Positions 32,256-46,104 of a stretch of 64,000 bases of DNA are shown here, in pieces. Below the pieces are notes generated by a model. The model saw only the letters and a list, made by a program, of their open reading frames with translations. It did not search any database and was not told the DNA's origin. This stretch comes from the human T2T-CHM13v2.0 reference genome, Homo sapiens, in NCBI RefSeq assembly GCF_009914755.1, contig NC_060935.1, one strand, 5' to 3'. The translations under genes were made by a program, and so were the position numbers. Numbering within the stretch: the stretch's first letter is position 1; every line of letters begins with the position of its first letter.

Positions 32256-33685
32256 GGGCAGTGGCTCTAGTGCAGCTTCCTTGTTTTTTTTTTTTTTGTT
32301 TTTTTTCTTTTCTTCCTTCCCCCCGCAAAGTAGGACAGGTTGGGAAGAAAGAAGCAACTTGGTGCAGCACTCTCCTACATCAAGATTACGAACCTGGGAG
32401 GAACTCTTTGGGAAGAATAAATACAAGTTTGAGCCAATACTGGCCTTATCCTTAAAAAAACAAACAAACAAATATCATCCCTTTCCCAAGGAACTTTATG
32501 CAATTAAGGCTTCTGAAATGAAGAGATGATTACATTATGGGGTACACACTGTATTAGACTGAATATTTCTGAAGCAAGAAGCTTTGCTTTACTCATTTTT
32601 GTCCTGCCAAAGGTGGTAGGGGGATACCCATAAGCCTGGGACCCGAACTTCCCTGTGGAAATGTTTTTAAGGACTCCTGCACTAAATCTAGGGTCGGGGA
32701 TATTTATTTGATGAAAGGTGGGGTAGGTGTCTTAAGAGAATTGTCCCACTCTTGATATCTCTCTCCTTCCCTCCCTGAAGTAAGGAGTTGGCCATTCCCA
32801 TGCCAGAGAGTAGGGAGTAATATTTCTACATGTATATCTGACTCTTAGTTCTCGATTAGACTTTTCTTGCTTATTTCAAAAGAAAAATGAAAATACAAAA
32901 TAAAAAGTTACTGATTTAATCTGAAAGAGCTCCTCCACAGAATCATTTGTGACATTGGGTGCAGCTTCTCTAAGTTATATCTGCATTTATTCTTGAAGCT
33001 CCAAATTTTTCCTGCTGCTTCAGATGCAAGTGAATCTCACCTTTAGCATTCAGGATTGATACAAAGATATAGAGAAAGACAGATATAGATGAGTACACTA
33101 TCCTGTTTCACTATCTGCTCTATCTAAGAATTCATGCACCAGTGTCACATTGTTTTAATTTTTTGGTTTACTAATATGTTTGAAAATCTACCTGAAGTTA
33201 GTGCCTTCTCAGTATACCTTTATTCTATTAAACATTTCTGGCTATTTTCATATTTTGTTCTCATGAATATTAGCATCACAGAACTAGTTGTATTATTTTT
33301 GTATAAAAACCATTGAATAGTGTTTATTTTGTCCCTAGATATCTTAGGAAAATTTTACTTATAAGTTTTTTCTAAATAAATAATAAGTTTCAGAGAATAA
33401 TGACAATGTTTACCATTTTTATACCTCTAATTTCTAAATGTGTTGGATTAAAATATCCAGAATAATGTTAAATAATAAGAATAATCTGTTCTTGGCTTGC
33501 TTCTGACTTTTAACCTAATGCTTACAGAATTTAAAATCATGAAAATTATGCTGATGTGTACATTTGAAATAAATTATTAAAAATAAGAAAATTGCTATTT
33601 ACATTTATTATTTGCTTTTAATTTTTAATGCATATCGATTTTTAACAAATTTATTTTATCATATATTTATGTAATTTTTTCTTAC

Positions 33686-34137
33686 TGTGTTAGTCATCAT
33701 CCTGCAGAGAAACAGAACCACCAACATAGAGAAACAAAGTGACAGAGAGAGTGATAGAATAATACGGAGAGGAGAGACACAAAGAGACTAATTTTATTAT
33801 GAAGAATTGGCTCACAAAATTGTGGAGGCAAAAAATACCATGATCTGCAATCTGCAAGCTGGACACTTAAGAAAGCCAGAGGTGTAATTCAATCTGAGTC
33901 TGAAGGCCTGGGAAGCAGGGCAGCCAGTGGTGTAAACCCTAATTCAAGCGTAGGGGAAGATAAGATGAGATATACTACTTAAACAGTGAGACAGGAAAAG
34001 AAGGGTCAAACTCCTCTATCATCTGCCCTTTGTTCTATGCAGGCCTTAAATCGGTTGGATAATGCACGTCCTATATTGGGGAGGGAAGCCTACTTTACAG
34101 AGACCAGTTCAAGCTGACACATACAATTTACCATCAT
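33686..34137 (-). mobile_element. MLT2-family (ERVL) solo LTR
   Basis: CAGAGAAACAGAACCA...GAATTGGCTCAC...TCTGCAAGCTGGA...GAGTCTGAAGGCCTG...AAGCTGACACATA. Confidence 0.8.
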
Positions 34138-34170
34138 ACTTCCATTTTCTTACAGATTCTGGAGATTTAG

Positions 34171-34509
<339 letters not shown>

Positions 34510-35001
34510 ATGGGTTGAATTTATTTAGAAAATGTGTTTGCATATTATGTCCTCTGTTTCTCTTAACATCAAGTTTGCAAAATTAACTTTAAAGATCTGA
34601 TTCTTTTTATTTCCAATTCAGAAGATACTGTAAGTCACATTTGCCACTGACTAGTAGTAAGGCCCATAGCCCAGGCTAGATGGTGAGATGTACAAATTCA
34701 GTTGGGGCTTTAGTAGTGATTTTAAATGAAGTGTTTTTAAGTTTATTCAGCACCTACTCTTTTTAAGACTTGCCCTCCTTGTGTGGGATACAGAGATTAA
34801 AAGTACAATTCTTGACTTCATGACACTCAGAGTTAAAGATTGTATTATTTGGCTTAAAAACCACAAATACTGACAAATATAAACTAAACTTATGAGTTTG
34901 CTATTTTAGTAAAATATCATTGGTTAAAATACTGATCTCTTTGCTTCTCTGTTACCTCATCTACACATTCATGAACTGGAAATAAAATTATGGTTAGATT
35001 A

Positions 35002-35308
35002 GGCCAGGTGTGGTGCCTCATGCCTATAATCCCAGCATTTTGGGAGGCTGAGTTGGCCAGATCACTTGAGGTCAGGAGTTCAAGACCAGCCTGGCCAACA
35101 TGGAGAAACCCCATCTCTACTAAAAATACAAAAATTATCCAGATGTAGTGGCACATGCCTGTAATCCCAGCTACTCAAGAGGCTGAGGCAGGGTAATTGT
35201 TTGAACCTGGGAGGCAGAGGTTGCAGTGAGCCCTGATTACACCAGTGCACTCCAGCCTAAGTGACAGAGCAAGACTCCATCTCACAAAACAAAACAAAAC
35301 AAAAAAAT
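35002..35308 (+). mobile_element. Alu (AluS-like)
   Basis: Full dimer, (AAAAC)n tail. Confidence 0.92.
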
Positions 35309-35629
35309 TACAATGAAATTAGATATAGGTAAATGTTAGACTTAATGCTTATAAAGTACCTAACTCACAGTAGATTTATAGAAAATGTTAGGCTGTCACC
35401 TTTTTTTCTTCTTTATTTCTTTCATCATCCATATTTCTCCTTTACTTAATTCCAATGAAAACCTTTAAGTAATGCATATTACTTAACAATATATATTACA
35501 TTAAATAAATTAAAATGCAATTAATGATATTTATTTGCAATGCACATAAAGACCTACTACCTTGCTAGAATTTGGTCCCAAATTTGACCCAAGTATACCA
35601 GAAATGTTTTAAAATAGTGTTGTGGACTG

Positions 35630-35672
35630 TGTCTGTATATGTGTGTATGTATGTGTGTGTGTATTTGTGTGT

Positions 35673-35712
<40 letters not shown>

Positions 35713-35720
35713 TATATATT
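35630..35720. repeat. (TG)n/(TA)n microsatellite
   Basis: Direct reading. Confidence 0.9.
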
Positions 35721-37210
35721 TGTACATAATGAGAGAGCATTGAATGCAATTGCAATTGATAGAAAGTGCAGTACAATTTTTAAAATGTAAAAATGTTTCT
35801 GAAAGGAAATTAAATCAAAATTTGTCCTTGATAAAACAAGTATTAATTCAAAAAGGAAGTATTGGAAGTGGAAGTGATGTCCAGACAGAGGAAACAGCAT
35901 ACCCAAACATTCAAAGTGAAGAAGGCCATGATGCCTGTGGAGAATCTACTTCTACAATTCTTTGTTCCAGTCTTCTGTTACACACAGCTCATGGAAACTG
36001 CTAAACACACTGAGATCCATTTTAGAGGCATTCCTTGTTTACACATTTTTAAAAATTTCACCTTAAAATTCTGAAAATACAGAGAGGTACAGTGTGCTTT
36101 CAGACTGTTTCCAAACCTCTAAAGAAAAACAGAGAAAAACTAGGTTAACAAAATTAAAATTCATGAACAATATTTACAACAACACTGGGTAACAATGTGC
36201 CCTACAAAAAATCCCCAATGTAAATAGTTACAGACAAATCAGGAAGACCTGCAATATCCATGAGGAATCAGAATCCTTTCAAGATGAAGCAGAGAGGGTG
36301 AACACAATATATTATGGATTTGAGAACCCTCAAGTCAGCAACAAGGATTCATTAGAAAGTGTGCAAGGCAATTAAAAAACAGCTACAGAAACTAAGTAGG
36401 GTGGGAGTTTGCCCACATCAATAAGCAAGAGTCCAGGATGAGATAAAAAAGAGGCTGAGACCATATGGCTTCTACAACTCTTAAAATAACCAGACCAAAT
36501 TCTCTTCCAGGATCAAGTTCCATATTGAGAAGAATTTACTGGAAGTAAACTACATATTAAACAAGGCTACATATTAAACAATAGGGCCAAAAAAAGAGAA
36601 GGCCTCTAAAAAGTAAGTGCGGACAGAAGCAGAACCAGGACAGAGCAAAAAGTGAAAGGTCTTGTTATTGAATATCTTATGAAATCAACAGGAGAGCTCT
36701 AGATTCAGGATGCTAGGAAAGCTATCTTGACCGTTCTTTACCTTATAAAAGTTCAAGTTTAATTCCATACAAATGGCATCAATACGGCATGCTTTTGTTG
36801 TTGTTTGTTTCTTATTTAAGGAGAGTTCAGAGGGAAGAAAGTGCCTTTCCCAAAATAGTATACCTTGATATGACTGTTCATGATGTAACGTCTAGCGTTT
36901 TTAAAAGAACCTTAGTGCCAGGGCTACAGTGAGCTTATATTCTGCAGCTGCAACCTTGAGAGAAGTGCTTCTGGGCAGTCCTCTCTGTTTCCTTCCCAGC
37001 AGAACCTCAGCCCCACCTCACTGGATCCAGCTCCATCACTGTGCCTGGCCACCTCAAGTTATTCCTGAAGGTCAATTTCTGGAGTATGTCCTAATCCTCT
37101 CCTCCTCCAAGCACCCCTTTTGGTCCCTGCAATATCCCTCCTGAACCCCCACCTAAAAGCCTTTCTGCCTGTCCTTGTCCCATAATACCTCGCCCAAGAA
37201 TGTATTATAA

Positions 37211-37500
37211 GCCCAGCGTGGTGGCTCACACCTATAATCCCAGCACTTTGGGTGGCCTAGGCAGACAGATCACTTGAGGCAAGAAGTTGGAGACCAGCCT
37301 GGCCAACAAGGTGAAACCCCCTATCTACTAAAAATACAAAAATTAGCAGGGTGTGTTGACACATGCCTGTACTCTCAGCTAGTCAGGAGGTGGAGGCATG
37401 AGAATAGCTTGAACGTGGGAGGCAGAATTTGCAGTGATCGAGATAGCGGCACTGAACTTCAGCCTGAGCAACAGAGTGATGACACAGTGAGAAAAAAAAT
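37211..37500 (+). mobile_element. Alu
   Basis: Diverged full dimer. Confidence 0.9.
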
Positions 37501-39605
37501 GAGAAATACGAAGAGGCAGAGGTAGGTATCTATCTACATATCGATATATCTATGTATTTAGTTATGTATAATATATCTGTATATTATACATGTACATGAA
37601 TATATGCATTATATGTTGCTTAATATGTAGTTTACTTCCATTATTATATATATAGAGTACATTATACATGCATATATGAGAGAGAGATCTCAAATTTATA
37701 GAATCCCTAATAACAAGCAGCTACCGCCCCCATCTTTCACAATGGCTAATTACTTTACTGCGTGATTTACTCTCAGATATGGTACTGGGAACCACGAGGT
37801 ATCTCCAGCAAATTATCTGCAAATTCAAGTGCAAGTTTTTGACTTTAGAAAATGTTTCAAATCAGTCAGCTACACTTGGGAAATGAGGTTAGGAATATGC
37901 ACCCAAAGGGTTGATCTTAACTATTCATTATCACTAGTGGGAAAATTCTGGAGATTAAGGAATGTTTGGGGTGGCTGTCTTGCTCTGAGAGGGGTAGAGA
38001 TGGGGAATGGATTTATCCTCTTTTCCTTTTGTGTTAATAATGGTGGGAGATTTTGGTTACTGTGAATAGTACCTACATGAGCTGGATAAATCACAAGCAC
38101 TAAAGATTTTGGGAGGGTAAAGAGAGGGGCTGCAGGGACTGCAGGGAGGAGGGACTGGGGCTTTTTCAGAGAGTTTGCAGAGAGAAAGCAGCCAGTTTCT
38201 CTGTCCATCATCCACAGCTCCAGGATTAAAGAAAACTCTGCTTTCTCCCTGCACATTCTCTTTGTATCTGCAAGAGAAAGTGGATGGGTTAAAATTAGTG
38301 AACTGAAATTAGTATTTTCCAGAAAGACAATTGAATCACTACCAATATATGTAAAGGCAGCTGGGGCTTTGTGAGGCCACCCAAACCAGCCTCCATCCAG
38401 GGTAATGAAAGGGAATCCAGTTGTCCCCAAAGCTGGAGATTTCGGGTAATTAGGAAAGTGCCAAGGAGGCAGTGGAGGGGTCGGGTTAAAATGAAACACC
38501 TTGTGTAATATCTGCATTAATGGGCCAGGCTAGGAAAGAAAAACTGTTAAATATGAGTCGATAGAAGAAAAATAGGAGAGAAAGTTTTATTTTATTTTTT
38601 AAAATAATTTTCTGAAACCAACTTTATTTATATGAGTTTTATGGAAGAAAGGACTAGAAATAATAGGAATAAAAATATGTGTGTTTAGCAAAGGAAGTTC
38701 GTGGTCAGATAAAGAATGTAGTTGAAAGGATGTTGGTGGTGAGATGAAGAACATGGTTTCTGTAAACTGTTGGGAATGAAAGATTTCATTGACTTGAAAA
38801 GAGATGGAAAGTTTCACAAATGAGTACAGAGAACATACTCGTGGTGAATAAATATGCTTTGTTATGGACAAAAGAGATAGCAGAAAAATCAAGTGAAGAT
38901 ATTGGGTCAATGTAGCTACTTAGTTTTATTTCAAAACAATGGGAGTAAATAAGGTAGGTTTTAAAACTGAGAGAAAATAACAAAGATAAAGCAAGAAAAA
39001 GAAAATAAGAGAGAGGAAATTAATATTGGAAGGTGATTGTTGAATAATGTCTGTGAGAACAGCATGGATGTCGGCTTATACGTGCAGTGCAAAGCCTTGG
39101 AAAAGAAGATGGAAGTTGCACTAATGGGGTCAGGCTCTTTTTAATGGGGTCAGGCTCTTGTTAGCATGTAGTTTTTGAACTGGTAACAGTAAAAATTTTA
39201 GAAATGTCTTATCTCATTTTATGAAGTAATATTTGCTATTGTTTGTGAGAATAAAGAATCAGCATACAGGTAAAATATTTAAGAATAAATAAACTAAACA
39301 GATTTAATAATGAGGCTTGTGTGCATTATAAGATAATTATCAAATCATAAATTACTAGTTTTAAATAAAATGTAGATATTTGAGGGAAAATAATTAGAGG
39401 ACAGGTTTTGACTTCTGGTGCAAATACATATATACATACACACATAGAAAAGAAGGGAAGAAAAAGAAGAAAGAAAAGAGAAACCAGTCCATAATTTTTG
39501 GTTCATTCATTGCAACAAATTGCTAAATATCTTAAGATAAAACAATAGATAAAACATAAGAATAAAAGTAGACTATGTGTTCCAATGATTTCATTATTAC
39601 TTCAG

Positions 39606-41938
39606 GGTTATTCGAATCTATGGAGGAAGATGATCCATGCTGAGTATTGGAGAGTTTATCATTTGCTTTATGAGGAAGAGGAATGTCACTTGGAGAGACT
39701 GGAATAGGAAAGCAAAGAGAAGTAAAGACAGTAAAGACAGAATGAAATGAAGGGGGAAAGATGTAGGAGGAATGTATAAGAAACTGAAGAAAATGTACCA
39801 TAAACCAGACCTGGAGCTGCTCCAGATCAGGACTGAGAAAAAGAGAGTCCACTGGGAAAAAATGATCTCATTCTCTTTGCCTTCTGTGTTGTGTTTGGAA
39901 TGATGCTTTCATGAAGCTATAAAAGTGAGTTGCTTGTCTAGTAATAAAAGAGACAAAGTCAGTTTTTCTTGATCCAGGAGCAAAAAACAAACAAAAACAG
40001 TAGAAACCACTCAAGAAAAAAAAAATCCTTCTAAAATTCATTCAATTGCTGAAAAACTGCAGTAAAGAAGTTTGTTTGAAGCTTTCTGAATTTGTATTTA
40101 AATATGTTTAGATATTTAGAAATTTGGGAATTCACGCAATATTATTTCCTCAATGGCCATTTCCTGGATACCAATTGCTATAAACTTTGGGCTCACCGAT
40201 CCTTAGGAATCTAATAAATTAAGTCTTCACTATGAATTTTGTGATGAATGTTAAGACTTTCTCTCTTCTTCTTTACATAATTTTGGAAATGTGTTAAAAG
40301 GTAAGTTTGTCCCTATATTCAAGGTTTGATAACTGTGACAGTAATCAGTCTAATACTGAAGTGGGAACATAATTTATTATGATAATGTACCCTCCTTCAT
40401 AGTATATTTAGTCTTCCCCTTCTTAAACGGTAGAAAGGTTTTGTTTGTTAGGCAGGGCTATTATTTTCAAGCAACTATAGAGAAATCACATAGAGAAAAT
40501 TACCATTATCAATTTTAATTTTCAAAGTGTATAAACAAATTGGCATAATGGCCGCAAATTATGCCAGGACTTATAGGGGAAATGTAAGTGTTTCTGACAG
40601 TGTAAGCTGGAAGCAGGCTGTAAATAAGCAAAAAAGCAGATCCTCAAGGATTTGTGGCTTTTGTATGTAGCAGATGGTGGATTCCAACTTCAAATGTAAA
40701 GGCTATGGGGTGTACTTAGGGAAGCTGGGTCTTAGGAAGCAGGATGCCTGCCTCAGCTAAGCTTGTCAAGCCCTAGCTTGTGGTTATTGACACTGAGCAT
40801 TACAGTGGTGTATAAGATTACACAAAAATACTTTGTATAATCATTAATTATATTAAGAATATTAGAGGAATACTTATGAACAACAGCCACAAAGTAAGCT
40901 GGCAACTTATTTTACTAGATTTATCCCTTTCTCAAGAGATACTCTGGCAGAGAATTCTCACAAAGAAAACTTTAAAAAGCATATGTGTATTTTCTTTTAC
41001 TTTATTACACCTATACATGCTTTAGTGAAAAATACATAAATCTGAGACAAAGTGGTTATTTAAAATAAGAATTATTACTATTATTAATTATTGTTACTAA
41101 TTTTCTGAGAATAAGGGGAAGCTACTTTTGTCACTGACTTTGAATTATTAGTAACTCCACAAATTTAAATGTTCTAGGGAACGTAGCTGAGCTTAGCAAT
41201 AATTTCTGTTCTCTATATATTCCAAGAAAATTTGTAATTTTTCCCCATTTTTCTGGTTCAGGATTTGCTTGTTATGAATATGGAGTAACCCTTGAACATC
41301 AGTAAACTTCTCTAGTGTGCCCGCTGTCCTGACCCATATTTCCAGTGATAACCTGAAATACATAGACACTATGCAAAGCCCACGTCCATTAGAAGTTTAT
41401 AACACTATATTTTCATGTGACTGTTTTCTTATTCCTGCAGTGCATATTTCCTGGGATAATAAAATAACCAGTTGGCACATTCCCCTTGTTTGAAGATCTG
41501 AGACAACTGCTCTTTGATTCTGATGATCTCAACCTGCCCCGAGTTCAAGAAAATCTAAGTGTTTTCTTGATGGCGAGCCCTACCATTCACTTTTGGAAGA
41601 TATTACTGGGAGGAGGATGTTGGAGAGTGTTGGAACTGGGCTGTTGGATTTTGCAAGATTTCTTGGACATGAGAAATGACATACTGGTTAACACCAAGAA
41701 AATTTTTCTACTTTTTTGTGTCAAAGAGTGCTACTGGTGTCATCTCAAGACCTCTTCCCCACTATTACCTCAGTATACAGAAAGGCCTCTAGGCCAGATG
41801 GCGGTGTTTCTACATTATGAATGTGGCATGATAAGCTTTGTTTATATGGCCAACAATTTTCTCATTTGTAGCCTGTTCTTTCCCTTACACTCTTACACCT
41901 TTCTTTTGCTTTGGACTCACGGAATCAGAGATAGGTGA
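39606..41938 (+). pseudogene. Decayed TRIM49/51/77-clade relic: coiled-coil exon 39606-39825, micro-exon about 40279-40300, SPRY exon 41441-41938
   Basis: GYSNLWRKMIHAEY...EEEECHLERLE*, HKPDLELLQ with donor GT>AT; NFGNVLK|gtaagt; LFEDLR, PLLPQYTERPLGQMAVFLHYECG with frameshifts. Confidence 0.8.
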
Positions 41939-43039
41939 GTAACCTGACTAAAGGTGTCAGAAACACCAGCTTCTGAGAATGCTAACATACTGACTACTTG
42001 ATTTTCTTTATCTATTTCTATGAAACATTTTCTGTACCATTTTTAAAAGTGTAGAGGTAACATTTGTTTTGATTTTCTTTAAATAAAAATACTCTCTTAG
42101 AATACTGTGCATGTCTTTCCTTTTATGCTATATCTTTTCTTTTCCCTTGATCTCTAAGCCAGTCCAGGTAAATAAATACCTGAGTATGTTTATCCAAACT
42201 GATGGGCTAAGGCAAGAGTGCAGGTTTCTTCCCCCTGACCTGGAATTTTCCTTTCTCTGTTAGACACCTGCTAAGTCCCAATTCATCAAGTGTAAGTTTC
42301 AACATTTCTTCAGGGAATTATTTCTTTAGCTCCTGGACTAGATTAGGTTATTTGTTGTATAGACTCAGAAAATCTTATACCTTTCTTTGTAAAACTCACT
42401 ATGTAATATTGGGCTTCTTTTCTGGTTTTCAAATTACAAGAGAAGGATGGTGTTTGTACTACACACAGGTATATTCCAAGAAATTACACAATGCTTAATA
42501 TATAACATTCAATAATTGTTTGAATAAAAGAATAAATGCACAAAATAATTGATAAAAACATGTGATACAACTGTTTAAAAGGCTACCAAATTTACCCCTC
42601 TATTTCTGTTGATTTTGGCTACTGAATATAACCAAAATCAATAGGGATACTGAGAAATATTATTTAATAAAGTTGTAAATTGGACTGCTTATCAAATTGA
42701 TAGGCTCAGCAAATTTTCTTTAGCTCAGTCACAAACTATTGATGAACACAGATCTTAACGGAATGACAATGATACAAATAAAAAGACTCAAAATCTATAA
42801 GATTTTAGTAATTTCACCAATGGCATCCTACAGACACAGTTACCTGGGAACATGTCATTATCAGAATAGAAAATAAAACTCACTTTTTGCTTCAGAAAAT
42901 ACAGAATACTCAGAAGCCTCATTGCATTTTAATAAAATTCCAAATTTATTTAGTTCTTAGAAAGTTTTAAAATACATGTGCATTAAAATATCCTTATTAT
43001 CAGAAATACCTATATTTTGATCATGTTAATTTTGTATGA

Positions 43040-43397
43040 AGCCTTTCCTTAAGTATCGACTGGGAATTGATTCCAGGACTCCCCACAGGTATCAAAATCC
43101 TTGGATGCTAATAATCCTCAGATGTCCTTACATAAGATGGTGAGGTATTTGCATGTAGCCTAAGCACATACTCCAGTATACTTTAATTATCTCTAGATTA
43201 CTTAAAATACTTAATGCAATGTAAATGCTATGTAAGTAGTTGTTACACTGAATTATTTAGGGAATAATGACAAGCAAAAAAAAATCTGCACATGTTGAGT
43301 GCAAATGAAACCATCTGATATTTTTTTCCTGAATATTTTTAATCCATGGTGAGTTGAATACATGGATGCAGAACCCTATCATATGGAGGTCCAACTG
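43040..43397. mobile_element. MER2
   Basis: TTCCAGGACTCCCC...TCTCTAGATTACTT...GTTGAATACATGGATGCAGAACC. Confidence 0.8.
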
Positions 43398-43794
43398 TAT
43401 ATCAAATATCATATATAATGGTGTATTTTCTGGTATTTAATTTAATTACTGGCAATATGGCACACAACAAACATATCCAAAGTTTTTGATATGTAGTTTT
43501 TTAATTTATTTAAAGCAATCCAATAATGCCTCCTTTAATGAAGATTGCTGACAGCAAAGTCTAAAAAAGACTGACTCCATCTATAAGCAGTAGGCCTAAT
43601 TCAAAAGTTTAATGACAGATGGGTTGCATAATGGGTTATTTCAATGGTAGGAGTAATGCAAACATACAATTCTATAATCATTTATATTTTAATTGTATTA
43701 TACTCTTTTAACCATCCTCATCTTGTATATTATCTCATTGTGTATTAGAATACAACTATTAGAGCAATAAGGAAGAGTGGATGAATACGGCCAG

Positions 43795-44128
<334 letters not shown>

Positions 44129-45614
44129 TGAAGTTTAAATTATTTGTGTTTCACTCTCTTTCATTATAAAAATAATCTGTGTCTTAAAATGTGTTCTTGA
44201 ATATGAATTACTTTATGATTGCACCTTCATAAGACTAGTTCTTAAAGTTTAAGAATAATTCATGAAAATATAAAAATTCATTTATAAAAAATCACTAGCA
44301 TTAATAGAAGGAATACTAGGTACAGGCAGTGGATAATCAAACTTTAAGTTCATTATCTCATTCTGCCCTCACAATTATAAGAAAAAGTGGTCCTCCCACC
44401 TCAGCCTCTCAAAGTTCTGGAATTATAGGCATAAGCCACCATGCTTGGCCTAAATATGGCCAATAATTTAAGCTTCAGTTTAATTGGAAGTTCTTATAAG
44501 TTTATGAGAGAAATATGTTTCTCTTATAATTGTGAGGACTGGATTAGAAAATGCACATACAACCTCCACTGATAGGGTAGAATCTCCACCCTGGAACAGG
44601 AGGTCTAGGGTTGCTATGCCCAAGTTTCCCGCTGGCTGTATCTTCCGTCCCTCAAGGGATAAGACAAAACACCGGGGGACACCATCCCCCTACCTACCCC
44701 AGGGCAGACTTGTAGGGCATGTGTGAGTGCTAGAGAAGCCACTGTCAACTCCTTTGCAGTGATGTAGAGATTAATCTAGGAGGACTGACAGGCCAGAAAA
44801 ACTGAGAGATTTGCTCAATGCCTCACAGTAATGATTGATTTTGAATCAGTCATGAAAAGGTACATTCCCAAGGGCATTGTCAAAAACAATGGAGATCTTG
44901 GTTAGGAACATTAAAGAGGAGCTTGGAATCTTTAGCATGCTTTGTAGCAACAAATAAACTTCTGGCAGACAGCCCGAAGTTTACCAAAGAAAACCAGGCA
45001 AGGAGAAAGCCAAGAAAAGGTGTTTTAGGATCACTAATTTCTGGAGATCTGGAAGGCTATGTATCTGTGCTAGACTACACCTGCTCAAGAGCAATCAAGG
45101 TGGAATGTGGACAAATTTGTAAGCACTCCCCAAGCTAACCACTGATTCATCAGCAAAGAGCCTTTAGCCCTCCTGGCTATAGAGCTAAAGCACAAATTCT
45201 GAGTGAACACTGGGTGAACAATAAATTATTCTATTCCAGGGAGTGGCTCCTAGAAGCCAGACTTAAAAACAAAATCACATTCATCTCCGGTGATCTGGAA
45301 GCCTGACAATGTACTGTCTTAGCAGTAACCAGAGAGAGGACCTCTGAGCTGTTAGTCCACTGAATGCGGGATGTAACTGTAAACTTCCTGACCAGTGAAA
45401 GCTGTCTCCAAGCCACACACATGGAATGACAAAGGATAAAAATCTAACTAGGAGGTTTAGACACAACTTTTGAAATACAGATTTAGGTAGAAATAGAGAT
45501 AAATAGATATGGATATTGCTGAGTTTAATGTTTAACTGAATTTATGGTAAATATTTATCATCATGAATATGTTCACCTCAGAAGCCAAAAGCATAGCTAC
45601 TCTCACATGAAGGT

Positions 45615-45868
45615 TATATATATATATACACACATATATGTGTGTGTGTGTGTATATATATATATGTATATATGTGTGTGTGTATATATATAATATATGT
45701 GTGTGTATATATGTGTATATATATGTGTGTGTGTATATATATATTTCAAAGTAGTCATTTGTGTATATTTTTTAATTAGTAAGCTAATTTTCCAAGCACT
45801 ATTATTTTACCCATGAAGTAAATATATATATATGTGTATATATATATATATATATAAATATATATATA

Positions 45869-45899
<31 letters not shown>

Positions 45900-45900
45900 T
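45615..45900. repeat. Compound (TA)n/(TG)n microsatellites
   Basis: Direct reading. Confidence 0.92.
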
Positions 45901-45966
45901 CTAGTGAAGTATAAACCAAGGTGCTTTCTGCATGAGTGACTTGCAGATAATTTTATACAATATATA

Positions 45967-46104
45967 TTTTTTAATTTCAACTTTTATTTTAGATGCAGGG
46001 GGTACATGTGCATATTTGTTACATGGGAGTATTGCATGATGCTGATGTTTGAATACAGATCCTGTCACCTTGGTAGTCAGCATAGTACCCAATAGGTAGT
46101 TTTT
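45967..46104 (-). mobile_element. Old L1 (L1PB/L1MA-type) 3' end, left part, split by the CDON retrocopy
   Basis: ACTTTTATTTTAGAT.CAGGGGGTACATGTGCA...CATAGTACCCAATAGGTAG. Confidence 0.8.

Noticed and set aside
37921-38517. 198-aa minus-strand ORF
   Set aside because: No recognisable domain; compatible with a chance or repeat-derived ORF
41262-41350. Candidate missing 98-nt exon of the decayed TRIM relic (MNME*PLN)
   Set aside because: Similarity too weak and no donor identified
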